A stretch of 64,000 nucleotides of DNA from Octopus vulgaris (Eukaryota). Location of the stretch: the NCBI GenBank assembly GCA_951406725.2, contig OX597822.1:72850001-72914000 (forward strand), written 5' to 3'. The first letter of the stretch is position 1. Each line of letters starts with the position of its first letter. Both the position numbers and the translations under genes were made by a program. This document shows, one piece after another, positions 13,831-27,686 of this stretch. Below the pieces are notes generated by a model. That model saw nothing but the letters and a program-made list of their open reading frames with translations, was not told where the DNA came from and ran no database searches.

Positions 13831-14534
13831 GAGGAAGCAAACATATAGAGGTGATAGTGAGACAGATAAACAGAGAGACACACAGTGAAAGAAAGAAAGA
13901 GAGAGTGAGAGCCGTACATCCCTGGCACACACGAAGACACATACAAGCACATATACCTACAAGCGAAAGCGTTTCTGAGATTTGATATACGAGCATGCGT
14001 GCATGTGTCTCTTTGTAGCAACTGACAACAAATGAAAAATAGATCAGCACAAACACTAAGAGAAAGAGAACGAAAGATAATACGATAAAAACCGACAGAC
14101 AGACAGCAGACGTGCGTAGTAGTGAGAATATGTTTAAGCGAATTGGAACAAACCATATACAATACGCGATACACCATCCATGCACACCCACACACGCTCA
14201 CACATACAGACGCGCATATACTCATACATACATTTATACACATATGTATCTATAATTAGTTATTTATTTAATTACCTTGTAAATTCTACTTCCCGTTATC
14301 TAGCTATTCCACACCACATCTGATTCAGCAATATATTGACCGTAATAAAACATCATTAGTTATTAGCCATGCTTCAGAAATACTGCTTCCAGGTATTTAA
14401 TGAACCCACGCCTACACAATATTTTGCATAAACGTTGGCTTATAATAATAATGCAATTTATTGCCTCCCGCCTGCAGCTCGAGCCATTTCGCTGGTTGTC
14501 ATATTTAAATTATGAAATATGTGTTCATGGAAGC

Positions 14535-14676
14535 TATATATACATACGTATATATATACATACGTATATATACGTACGTATATATATACATACATATATA
14601 TATACATACATATCTATATACATACATATATATATATACATACATATATATATACATACATATATATATACATACA

Positions 14677-14725
<49 letters not shown>

Positions 14726-14864
14726 CTCTATATATATATATTTACATAAATATATATTTGTATATATATATATGATATATATACAAATACATATACACAC
14801 ATGTACATACCTATATACATATATATGTATATAAGTATGTACATATACTTGTGTATGCGTATAT

Positions 14865-14912
<48 letters not shown>

Positions 14913-14947
14913 ATGTATGTATACGCACACGCATATATATATATATA
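14535..14947. repeat. Compound (TA)/(TACA)/(TATC)/(TG) microsatellite
   Basis: Read directly. Confidence 0.9.
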
Positions 14948-17209
14948 ATTGCGTCGAATATCAAAATACCTAAACTAATTACAGCTCTCATAATTAATTT
15001 TCTATTGTTTTTTTTTATATATTTTATGATCTTAATTTTTCTATTGTTGTCTTTGCATTCCTCTCACCCCCCCCAACATAAAACTTAAATGAAGTTTTGC
15101 ATTTAATGATATTTTTCACATTTGAGAATTTTGAAATAGCATCAGATGGAAATTAAAATTAAAATACAAGCGGCGTGATAATTTATTCATATTTTCATAG
15201 ATAATAATATTATGAATGAATGAATGAAGAATCGGCAGATATAAATACAAAGAAGTGACAAAACTGAATGTATTGTAAGATGCTTAAGTTAAAGTTTCTG
15301 GTAACCTTCCGTTGCAGCGCATGTCGAATGGAGACTTATTTTCTTTTCTGTTAAACGTAGTTTTTCAGTTTTAACGAATAAAGAAATTGGCTGAAGACAA
15401 AATTGTGGGTCGTGATAAAACGATATTTTCAATTAAATATGTAAATACCAGCGACCTCTGTAATAAGTTGTATACGAGTATTAGGATTCTCAGGATTATC
15501 ACTTTAACAGTACATTACATTCTGCGTTAGATTGTAATCTGGGGAGTTATTTCTGGTTCTTGACTGATATGAATTACGTGCTATTATTTCAAAAGTAATG
15601 ATTCTAGTGTCTTCATCGTCTTTGTTATTCACCAGTGACCTGCTGCACAGGGAAGTTATTAAATTATTCTGAAAATAAGCAGGATCAAGATAAAAGTAAT
15701 TTACATATCGTAAGCATGCACTGTAAAGATGGTGTTTACAATTATGACATTGATCTATTATATGTTTCGGGATTTTCTACATTGATTATATTCGTGTTAG
15801 TTCTGTGTTCAATTCTTTGAAAGCAAATTTATATATATGAATACGCCGAGTCCGATCAATTCTCAATAAAAACTAGTGTTGCTACAATATTAAAGCAGTC
15901 GATATTCTATTTACGTATCTCACATTAATTCTCTCCCTTTCGCTCTCTCTTTCTCTGTGTCTCTGTCTTTGTGTCTGTCTGCTTGTCTCTCCCTCTCTTC
16001 TATCCTTCTCTATGTATGTGTGCATGTATGTATATATATATAAAGAGCGAGAAAGAGAGTTAGCTAGCTAGGTATATATATATATATATGCCTTGCTAGC
16101 TGACTCTCTCTCTCTCTCTCGGTCTTTCGCATTCAATACACACATATCCATTAAAACTGTGCGCGCAGTTATGTAGATCTCAACAAAACTTCGTCTTGAT
16201 AGAGAATAAAGTACATTTGAAACGTAGCCACATCACTGGAAAGATTTTGTAATGCCTCATTCAAAAAGATCTGATCTCAAACAAAATTCAATTAAAAACT
16301 ATTTTTCAAAAAACACCCTCAAACTAATCACTTGTTCAATAATACACATATACATGCATACATTACATGAGCATACTACATTCAATCTATCTCAAACAAA
16401 CATACATATCATATATATATATATATAATGTTTAATTTTTTGTATATTTTCATATATATGCGTGTACACATACACACGGACACACATTCTCTCTCCTTTT
16501 CTTTCTGTATCTTTCTCTAGCACACCAAATATTACTATATATATAATTAGCGATGTCAGAAGATCGATGCAGCATCAAATAAGAAGCCTGAGGCAATGAA
16601 AAGTACAAGGTTAACACAGTTAAAAAGAAAATTAACTCTCCATTCTAATATAGAATTAATAAAGACCATTAAAAGATGAGAAATATCAGAAGAGTCTCAG
16701 ACAAACTCTTTTCACCAATATGGCTTCTCTCAGATTAGCAGATTACTGACTGTTGTTGTCTCTTTATCCGTGAATGTCTTTTGATGTGCCGTTATTTTTT
16801 TAATGTATCTCTCAGCTAGGCTTTGTGTTTGCTTTGCTTGACCTTTATCTTTGCTCGGTTCTTAAATTTATGTTTTTGTTTACTTTATTAGTTTGCCTCT
16901 ATTTACAACAGAAATATGACAACAACAACAACAATAATAGCAATAATGATAATAATAATAATGAAAATAATAATGAAGATATAAAGTTTAAGCTAATTAT
17001 AACAAAAGTAATAAAAAAAAAGAAATATAATTAAGAAAACTATTAAGAAAGTATTGAAACAAAAAAAAAAACAGATAATACATCCAAAGGGTGGATAACA
17101 ATAGTAATAACAACGTGAAAATTAACGACAATTCTCCCCCTCCTTATCATCATCATCACCGTCATTATCATCATCATTAACATCAGCATCGTCGTTGTCA
17201 TCATTATCA

Positions 17210-17350
17210 TTTTGGTCGTCAATTAGCGTCCTTCTTACATGGGTTGGCGGTCTGGCAGGATTCGATGAGGCAAAGAACTACGTCGAGCTCCAATATCTGC
17301 TTTGACATAGTTTCTACTGTTGGACGTCCTAACATAGGGACAAACCACAT
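17210..17350 (-). mobile_element. Decayed RTE-type LINE/SINE 3' tail next to (CAT)n
   Basis: CATCAT...GCGTCC...CATGGGTTGG-CGGT...AGTTTCTACTGTTGGACGTCC...AACCAC resembles the RTE-related tail GTTTCTACGGCTGGATGCCCTTCC. Confidence 0.45.
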
Positions 17351-17469
17351 TTTCTATGAGTGTGTGTGTGTGTATGTGTGTATGTGCGTGTGTGTGTGTG
17401 TGCATGTGTGTGTTTTTTTTTGTTCTTTCGTGTGTGTGTGTGTGTGTGTGTGTTTGGTGGTGGGCCGTT

Positions 17470-17720
17470 ATTGGTGATTAAATCATCGATCAATTCGTGA
17501 GTGTTACTTTATTTTATTGAACCGAAAGGATGAAAGTCGGAGTTGACCTCAACGGAAATTAAAATAATAATGTAATGAATTCTGACCTAGGGACAAGGCC
17601 AGCAGCCTTGAAGCGCGGATGGTAAGTCAATTATATTGAGCCCGGCGTTTTTCGTGGGGCTTTCTTTTATCGATTTATCGATTCTGGATGGATGAAAGCA
17701 AGTTTGACCTCGGTGGGAAA
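17470..17720 (-). mobile_element. SINE family A fragments (two)
   Basis: CCGAAAGGATGAAAGTCGGAGTTGACCTC and GGATGAAAGCAAGTTTGACCTCGG. Confidence 0.6.
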
Positions 17721-18164
17721 GCAGGAAGTGCTGCAAATTTATAGAAAGGTGGATAAGAATGGTAAGTGAACTGGACTAATGAGCATTCGCCAATAGATCG
17801 AGAGAAGGCAGTTGCCTTAGCGGTCAGGCTGACCGTGATGTCGAGCGGTTTCTATGAGTAGCCTTCGAAATTAATCATTGTTTGAAATTCTATGTCTCTG
17901 TTATTCTTTTTGCACGCTGTTCCATGTAACTACTCGTACTATCGTCCTGTACAGTTCATACTATAAATTTGTGTGTGTGTGTGTACGTTTTGTGAATAAT
18001 AAAGACAATATCATTTTATGTATAATGGATGGGTCATTATACGAATAATAAACACGCGCACTGTTTCTATATCCCTTGTTTATTTATTCTTCAATAGAGT
18101 ATCACTACCCGCAACATTATCATTATTAACATAGTAACAAAAATAATTTAAAAATAGCGACAAA

Positions 18165-18231
18165 AACAACAACAAAACTATCAACAACAAAAACAACAGC
18201 AACAACAACAACAATCATAATAAGGATGATG

Positions 18232-18302
<71 letters not shown>
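18165..18302. repeat. (AAC)n/(AAT)n
   Basis: Read directly. Confidence 0.9.
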
Positions 18303-19309
18303 TCCATTATAATATTCTTAACATTTTCATTTTATATTTATTATATTTGTCCTTTCATTATTCATGTTCAGTGACAAAAACACAGAGAAAATTGCGTCTG
18401 TTGATGACTCATGTCTCAAGAAAATGAATGTCTTTTTGTAATCCAGTTTTAATTGATTTGCATAATGTTCAATACTGCATTGATTGGAGAACGAATTTAT
18501 CAACGTTCTCTTTTGCTATGAAACTTATAAAGAGCTTAATGAAAAGAACCTTATTCTGTCTAAATTGCAATTAAAAATATTCTAATGACTTGGCATCGTT
18601 TGGTAATTGACGGTCGCTAGCGATATTTAAATTATTACGTCAACTAAATCAAGCTTTACTTTAGGTGCTTAGCATCGTTAAAATATTTCTAAAGTAGTTA
18701 CTTTCTAAAACAAGAATATTTAATTAGTTATAAGAAGTGAAGACTATGTGAACCTGACTCAAGAACTTGTTCTTTACCAGGCATATCTGATTTTCTTTCC
18801 AATTAACCCTAGTTTACCTGCTCCTCGGGAGTTCTATTTGCTGGTAACACCAACTATAAATACGCTCACAGGGCCCCATGACTGTAAATAGGTAATAAAA
18901 ACCTAAGTAGTTTAAAGTTCCTGCTGCACTACAACGGCAAGTATCCTTTGAACGCCGAAATAATTCTTTCGAATTTTGCCAACAGTTTTTATTGACAGCA
19001 ATCCCCTGTATTTATAGATTAGCCTCGGCATCCCTAAATGATAGGGCTTTTCCAATATGTGTGAATGTCTATATCTCGTGATTAAATTATAAACACCCAG
19101 CAAGGAATACAAGTTTGTAGCATTTTTGCTGGTTGCTGCTGGGACGACTTACGTCTCCTTCAGATATATTTTACTTTTAAACATAGCACGTCCATTGGAG
19201 ATATTTTCTCCGGACGAATACTGCAGTAAATTATGGCGTATTTACATTAAGTATGATACATAAATTGCTAAATATCTATATCTATCAATACACACACACA
19301 TACACACGT

Positions 19310-19357
<48 letters not shown>

Positions 19358-19387
19358 ATGTGTGTGTGTGTGTGTGTGTATGTACAT

Positions 19388-19817
19388 ATGGGGAAAAAGT
19401 CAAGGTAGAAAATGCTAAAATAATTTTATAAAAAACATTTCATTACCGGTTTCGGTCAATGAGACTTTTTCAACTGTAAGTATGGAAAACGAATTTTGGA
19501 AAAATTAACAATTTTTTAAAAAGAATATTTGCATAGTATTCAAATACAAGGGGCATTTTCCTTGTTTCTCTCTGTCTCTGTCTCACTTGTGGGTTCGATG
19601 TCGTTGTGAATTCTTGGCAGAGATAAAATGACTGACATGAGAATTAAATTCCTTTCAATGTCTTCTTTAGAAGAAGAAGAGGAAGGAGAGAAAGAAGAAG
19701 AAAAGAATGCGGGAGTGCTATGATAGTAGTAGGATGTTAAATGGTCAAGTGCCCTGAAATGAAAGTGACTTGGATGGTAGTAGTGATTGAATTCTTAAGA
19801 TATCTCTTTTGAATATA

Positions 19818-19822
<5 letters not shown>
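19388..19822 (-). mobile_element. PLE-derived remnant with decayed U3-A8 hammerhead motif (19438-19480)
   Basis: Minus strand: TTGAAAA-agtc-tcatt-gacc-GAAA-ccgg-TA. The island is flanked by (TG)/(TA) tracts. Confidence 0.5.
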
Positions 19823-19877
<55 letters not shown>

Positions 19878-20479
19878 GTGTGTGTGTGTTGACCTCATGC
19901 GAGAAGCTTATGATTAATGGAGGAATGGATCCTCAAGTATATGTATGTTGAGGTTCATATAATCTTTTAGAAAATATATCAATAATAATGTGACACCCCA
20001 AATAATGAGGAATACATATGACCACTAAAAGATCAGTATGTTGCTTTTAAGTATCCGCACTACGTTCGTGAATAAAGGAACTGTACAATCATCTCACCAT
20101 ATTTTCGAATATAAGCTACAAGGAGCATCATTAAAACAGCATCAGTATGCGTCCAGATGACACTGATTTGCACATAATGGATGCTACCGTTATAAATTAC
20201 CTACTGACCGATGAACTTCGGGAAATCTAAGAAAGCTGTATCTATGTACTTGTTTTTTATGTGCGTTTGAGTCTGAGTTTTTCTATACGTGTGTTTGTAT
20301 GAATGCGTATCGGATATCGTACTATTAGAACACCAGCTCCACCATTTACCCAGTTAATGGTTTTAGAGCTTATTTTTAATGTTTTTTTATTGCTTAGACT
20401 TCATCACTATTCTAAATTCGAACTTGTGCATCACCAACACCACCACCACGTCTTTGAATATATTTTTCTCCCTTATCAT

Positions 20480-21250
20480 AGTGCTCATCATCGTCGCCCC
20501 ATCATTATCTTCGTCGTCGTAATCATCTTAATCGTTGCCGTCGTCATCATCATCGTCGCTGTCGTCATCATCTTCATCGTCGCTGTCATTATCATCTTCA
20601 TCGTCGTTGTCGTCATCATCATCATCGTCGACATCATCATCGTCATTACCCTCGTCGTTATCATCATCATCACCGTTGTCGACGTCGTCATCATCATCGT
20701 CGTGGTCGTCATGGTCGTCATCATCATGATCATCATGATCATCACAATCAGACGAATAATCGGGGGGGGGTACCATCATTAGCATCACAACTACCGTCTT
20801 CTTCCTCATTTTCCTCTTCTACTTTGGCACATCCTTCTACAAACAACTCCATCACTGCCACCAAGATCAACACCCTATTGACCACCACCGTCAACGTCAG
20901 CATCATCACATACATAAGATACGTGGACCATCATCATCTCAAGCTTCAACAAATCTCATCACTACCTCCATCTGGCCACGCATCTTGTGACCAACGCTAG
21001 TAAAAGTAACAAGCAACACCATCTCCATTACCATGATGATAATGATCATCATCCCTATCACCATCACAAAACCACAACCACCATCACCATGTACTTTAGC
21101 TTGGTCATCAATCATAATCTCAGCCGTTATCATTATCAACCTATCTCCACCATAATCATCCTCACCACTACCGTCACCTTTGAGACGTCACCGCCTACGC
21201 CTCCCTATTACCAAAGTCATTTTCACCACCACCACCACCAACAGCAACAA
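20480..21250. repeat. Cryptic (TCA/TCG/CAC)n trinucleotide region
   Basis: Degenerate CAT/CGT/CAC repeats. These produce the poly-D, poly-I/V and poly-S pseudo-ORFs. Confidence 0.85.
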
Positions 21251-21344
21251 CATAAATGCTCTTCACAACCATGGTTTCATAAACGTTCTGTTCTCCGTCC
21301 AGCACTTACGGTATTTCTATCTTTCTACCTTTTGCTGCATCTCT

Positions 21345-21545
21345 CTTTCACTCTTTTACTTGTTTCAGTCAATTGACTGTGGCCATGCTGGAGCACCGCT
21401 TTTAGTCGAGCAAATCGACCCCAGGAATTATTCTTTGTAAGCCTAGTACTTGTTCTATCGGTTTCTTTTGCCGAATTGCTAAGTTACGGGAGCGTAAATA
21501 CGCAAGCATCAAACATACACACACAGACACACAAACATACACACA
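21345..21545 (-). mobile_element. SINE family B, 3' part
   Basis: CTCTTTTACTTGTTTCAGTC...GGCCATGCTGGAGCACCGC...AAGCCTAGTACTT. Confidence 0.85.
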
Positions 21546-22759
21546 CACACAAATATATATATATATATATATATATATTAATTTAGACAAGATAATAAAG
21601 AGAGGACGAAAAAGGGGAAAATAGCCGTTTAAAGATAATAAAATGATAAGCAGGTTGCGACTGACCATTTTCCCACATGCCAATCTCATCCTTGTTTGCC
21701 ACGTGGACTTAAATTCCTTTCTTTTTCCCTGAGAAACTATCTATCCCATAATAAGACTTGGATGAGTCTTTATTCAGAGTTAATTCATTACCACCCGTGT
21801 TTAATAAATTTCATGGAGACGATACAAAAAGGATTAGCTAGTGTGTATGTTAACCATGGCATATAATTAATAATGCATATGCTTGTAATACGCTTTCTAG
21901 ATCATGCAATGTTTGTTCTGGAGAATCCCTATGCATTTTGTTGAGTGAAGAGAATTCTCTGAATAGTCAATCCCAGAAACATAAACGGTGCAGCCATAGT
22001 CTAGAATGTACTTTTACACAGTTTTACAAGAACAGTAAATTTTCTATTTAACTGACTTCAATTCCTTCTATTAACATGCTTCTCTCTCTATCTCTCCCTT
22101 ATAATGTATCTATTTGTTTTCAGAACTTTAAGAATGCATAAATGTATGTAAGAAGTATATTCATGCATATATATGCAAATGTCTAATTATATATGAATCA
22201 ACATAAATTAACTTATATACAGGTCAAATTCAACTTTATAGTAAAACCGTTTGCTAAATTCAAGATTAGAGTAAGACCGTTTGCTAAACGTGTAGATGTC
22301 TCCATCTACAAATAGATGTGTGGGATACATTCCAGTTTAATTAGATGTATCTGTGTATCTTTGTCAGCGGTACCACGTTAACAAACCTGCATTTGGCTTT
22401 AAAAAGGTTCGCGAAAAGCATGTCGAATTATTTGAAGCGCCTCAGAAACATTTCCTGCGCTCCACTCATAATTTTGTTCTGACATATTGCATAATATTTG
22501 CCGTCGCTAAAATCGCAGAACCGTTCTATTAGAACGATACAAATCTCAAGTAGTAATTCGACATGAGTAGATAGAAGGAAATACATTTGTGAACTTTCTT
22601 CCAATGATCGTCAGCTGCGCAAGCAATGGTGAGTTGAAGAATACTGCATCACATCACCACAAACTCGTACACACTCATACACGCATAGGCGCTCAAACAT
22701 ACCCAACAAATATGTATGCATGTAAATACATGTACTACATACACACGCGTATGCGTTTG

Positions 22760-23573
<814 letters not shown>

Positions 23574-24252
23574 GAGTGAGAGAGAAACTTTAAGCACATC
23601 TCAGCAATATTTATTCACCAGGGAAATACCTATGAAGTCTCCACACATTCTTTAAAGATGTACTCACATGTTTGTATTGTTAAACTAATCAATAAATGAG
23701 ACATTGCTTTCAGAATTAATGATGGCATCGATCAGAAGGCCAGATGTAGAATAAGCAAAAAAAAAAAAAAAAAAAAAAAAAGAACAAAAACCAACAAATA
23801 TCATGTTTCTTTCAGATACATTCTACATATTTGTACACTGTTCTCAAATTCCATCACAAAAGACGTCTCCAGAATGCGATTTATCTAATTTCACCGTTAG
23901 TATGTATGTATACCGTGTATACATAGTGCTAGAGCTACAACCAAAAGAATGTCACATTGTCAGTTCTGATAATTCCCAAGTCTAGTTAGTGTATTTGTTG
24001 TCCTTTCCGGTATTATATTTTCTTATTATGTCTGTGGCTGTTGCCATTGTTGCTGTTGGTGGTGTTGGTTCGCCAGTGCTATTTTCTACAACAGCAACTA
24101 TATGGGGATTTGTGTTAATCCGATTGTGAAAGTGGTTGTTTTCTAGACCCTCCTCTTGTGAATAATAATTCGCTCGTTAATCTTTTTGAGTTGATTTCAT
24201 TGCAGCTAATATTGATTACTAGGTCATTTTTCAGTAAGTATATATAATAAAT

Positions 24253-24333
<81 letters not shown>

Positions 24334-24476
24334 TGTGTGTGTGCGTGTATATATATATATATATATATACACACACAGACTTACACATATATATGTATAT
24401 ATATATATATATGCAAACATACACACACGCATATATATATGTATTTATATATATATACAGACATACACACACACAC

Positions 24477-24518
<42 letters not shown>

Positions 24519-24965
24519 GCACGTAAGTATATAATGTAGGTATGTTTGCACTGGCTCCTGCGTAGGATGAAACTTATGAATAGACAAGAAATGTAAATTT
24601 AGTTAGCTTTATGCCTCTTGTTTGACGACGAAATTTTTTATGGAATTCAATTTTTCAACGCCATTTTGTTCATTATAGAGAATAAACATAGGACGGCACA
24701 CACGTGCGTCCATATGCAAGCATAGACACAAAACATGAACAGACACGCATATATACATATGTGTGTGTGTGCGGCGCAGAAGCACGTACATCAAATACGC
24801 ACCATTCATTTTCCTGTTTCCTTTCCTCGCTTCTTACTGTAATTTCAGATAAGCTCATCTCCTTCCCATTTCCTATGACCTATTCGTTGCACACAATTTT
24901 CATTGTTTTTGTTTTGTGTTTACATATATATATATATATACGAGACCAAAGTGTACGTACGCCGC

Positions 24966-24996
<31 letters not shown>

Positions 24997-24997
24997 G

Positions 24998-25181
24998 ATA
25001 CAAAATGGGACAAGAATGCAAAGCATCCGAAATTGCGAAGATAATCTGGTGCTTGACTGAGGACAGAAAATTTCGAATGACCCGTCCTTGTTTTCTTTGT
25101 ATCGTCTATCTGGGTGTTTTGCTGTCCCTTTTTGTATCACCTACCAATCCGGATGCTTTGCGTTCTCGTCCCATTTTGTAT
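24998..25181 (+). mobile_element. Short TA-flanked element with ~32-bp inverted ends, same family as 25480-26195
   Basis: ATACAAAATGGGACAAGAATGCAAAGCATCCG (24998-25029) vs CGGATGCTTTGCGTTCTCGTCCCATTTTGTAT (25150-25181). The body matches 26043-26195. Confidence 0.8.
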
Positions 25182-25479
25182 TATATATATATATATATTT
25201 ATTTATTTATTTGTCTCCATTTTGTTACATCTCCCGCTATATATCTCTCCGTCTATATATATGATCTCAAGTAACATCACTCCTATGATCATTGTTACAC
25301 TACCAAATAGTTTAACAATGTTACGCTATATGATACATTAACAAATTTTATAATTAGCTTAGATTTAGTAAAGTTCATCACGGATCAAGCAGCATTTCAC
25401 TGTTTTGAAACTAAATGTAAAGGAACTAAAAGAGTAGACAGAAATAAAACGATAAAACGACACTAAATCGGTACGATAC

Positions 25480-26195
25480 TTTAGTGAAGAAGCAACTACT
25501 CCTATCAAGTGTAAATACTCCTGTCATCGTTCGTATTTTGTAGCCCTTTCACGCGTATTCGTTCATCCCACTCTTCGTTCTTTCGTTCCCCACTCTCTCT
25601 CACATTTCTGTGCCTTCTCTTCTTGCCCACTTGCCCTCCACTTGTCACTTCAATGATTCCTCTAATTTTTTCTTGTCCTCCTTAATTCTTCTGTCCCTCT
25701 GTCTCTACCTCTCTCTTCTCCCACGTGACCAGCGTTCGGCCAAGCCTGATCTTTCTTTCTTGATCTGGCCATTGTCCGTACAACATCGATATTCCTCCCT
25801 GTGCCTGTGAAACCGTCTATCTTTACCGTAAGGCTCTATTTCCACACACGCCAGCTTCTTATTCGAAAGACACCTGATGTTATGTCCTGTAATTATTTTT
25901 ATTGTATTTGTATAACATTGTCCGTTCTTCTCCGTCCTTGTTTTTGTATACATTCGCTGCTTTCTTCCAAGGAATTTAATGCTCTTAGCTTAGTTTTTCC
26001 TTGGGGCTGACCAGATGGGAGCAATCTCGTGTATAACCAGACGAAATTGCGAAGATAGTCTGGTACTCGACTGAGGAAATATAGCTTCGAATGACCCGTC
26101 GTCGTTTTCTTTGTATCGTCTATCTGGATGCTTTGTTGTCTCATTTTTGTATTACTTAACTGTCCGGATGTTTTGCGTCCTTGTCCCATTTTGTA
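25480..26195 (+). mobile_element. Longer copy of the same repeat family, ending in (TA)n
   Basis: The 3' ~150 bp is a direct repeat of 25030-25181. A CTCCCACGTGAC block is shared (inverted) with 12120-12133. Confidence 0.6.
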
Positions 26196-26451
26196 TATAT
26201 ATATATAAATACATACGTGTGTGAGCAGCACGCATGTATATAAAATATATACGTATACCCACGTATACCACTCCCACACACATATATCGTTATTACTTGC
26301 TAGTGCGCATGCGAGCGTTTGTGATTTACGTTGAGGGTATATTCTTTCGTGTATACTTCTAGACAAAGTGAAGTAATTTGTAGCAATTAATCATATAATA
26401 TTCCTGATATTTATATGGCTGTCCACGTATCTAACTATCTCTTTCTCTCCC

Positions 26452-26482
<31 letters not shown>

Positions 26483-26519
26483 TGTGTGTGTGCGTGTACG
26501 TGTGTGTGTGTGTGTGTGT

Positions 26520-27172
26520 GAATTATTTCACTCTTAATTGCTTCAGGCATTTGATAGCGGCCAAGCTAGAGCACCGCTCTTAAGAATTTTAGCAAAGAAA
26601 TCGACCCCGGACTTATTTTTGAACTTAGAACTTAAACTAGTTCTATATTTAAAACATGAGGAATTATGTACATTATTTACATTATTTCAGTTGACGGATA
26701 TTTGTCCTCATCTTGTTTTTTGTTAGCATTTCGGCTGATATAGCTTCCACCCTTCATCAGGTGTCTTGGGGAAATTTCGAAACTGGGTTCTCATTCCTAA
26801 GGTATTTTTCGATGTTCTTATAATTATTATTATTCAGGTCATTGCCTGGAATCGAACTCGGAATCTTGGGGTTAGTAGCCCGCGCTCCAAGATTCCGAGT
26901 TCGATTCCAGGCAGTGACCTGAATAATAATAACATCAAAAATTCCTTAGAAATGAGAACCCAGGTTCGAAATTTTCCCAAGACACCTGATGAAGGCTGGA
27001 GGGTATATCAGCCGAAACGTTAACGACAAACAATATGAGGAAGAGTATCCGTCAATTGTAAATAATGTAGTACTTAATCTATCGGTGTTTTTTGCTGAAC
27101 CGCTAATTTACGGGGACGTAAACACAACAGCATCAGACGGTTGGAGCGGGGTGACAAACACAGATACGCATA

Positions 27173-27257
<85 letters not shown>

Positions 27258-27420
27258 ATATATGTATGTGCATATATATATACGACGGGTTTCTTTCAGT
27301 TTCCGTTTACCAAATCTACTCACAGAGCATTGGTCAGCCTGAAGAAGACACTTACCCAAGGTTCCACACATTGGGACTGAACCCGAGACCTTGTAGTTGG
27401 AAAGCAATCTTCTCTCCATA
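26520..27420 (-). mobile_element. SINE family B, split by the 26669-27069 insertion
   Basis: Tail at 26520-26630, resumes at 27070 (GTACTTAATCTATCGG), head at 27285-27420. Confidence 0.8.
26669..27069. mobile_element. Inverted pair of a tRNA-headed element with hammerhead tail
   Basis: Arms 26669-26869 and 26887-27069 are reverse complements. B-box GAGTTCGATTCC. CTGATGA-a-ggctg-gagggtatat-cagcc-GAAACGTT at 26986-27021. Confidence 0.8.
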
Positions 27421-27544
27421 CCGTGTACCTATCTATCTGTTTATGTCTCCATGTAATCCGTCTATCGTTTTATCCGTTTCTGTCATGTCAATATCTATGT
27501 ACGTGCGTGCGTTTATAAGTATGTATATTTATATGTGGATGGGT

Positions 27545-27609
27545 ATAGGTAGGTAGATAGGTAGGTAGGTAGGTAGATAGGTAGGTAGATAGGTAGGTAG
27601 GTAGGTAGG

Positions 27610-27676
<67 letters not shown>

Positions 27677-27686
27677 ATAGATAGAT
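27545..27686. repeat. (TAGG)n-(TAGA)n
   Basis: Read directly. Confidence 0.95.

Noticed and set aside
14280-14535. TAAT/octamer-rich unique segment as an enhancer
   Set aside because: Such short motifs are expected by chance in AT-rich DNA and need conservation or chromatin data.
20303-20809. Poly-Asp (minus) or hydrophobic I/V (plus) ORF suggesting a biomineralisation or membrane protein
   Set aside because: Degenerate trinucleotide repeat, open in several frames on both strands, with no splice or domain support. A similar tract occurs at 60490-60680.
23757-23781. Poly(A) run as a retrocopy tail
   Set aside because: No recognisable upstream element or ORF, and no target-site duplication.
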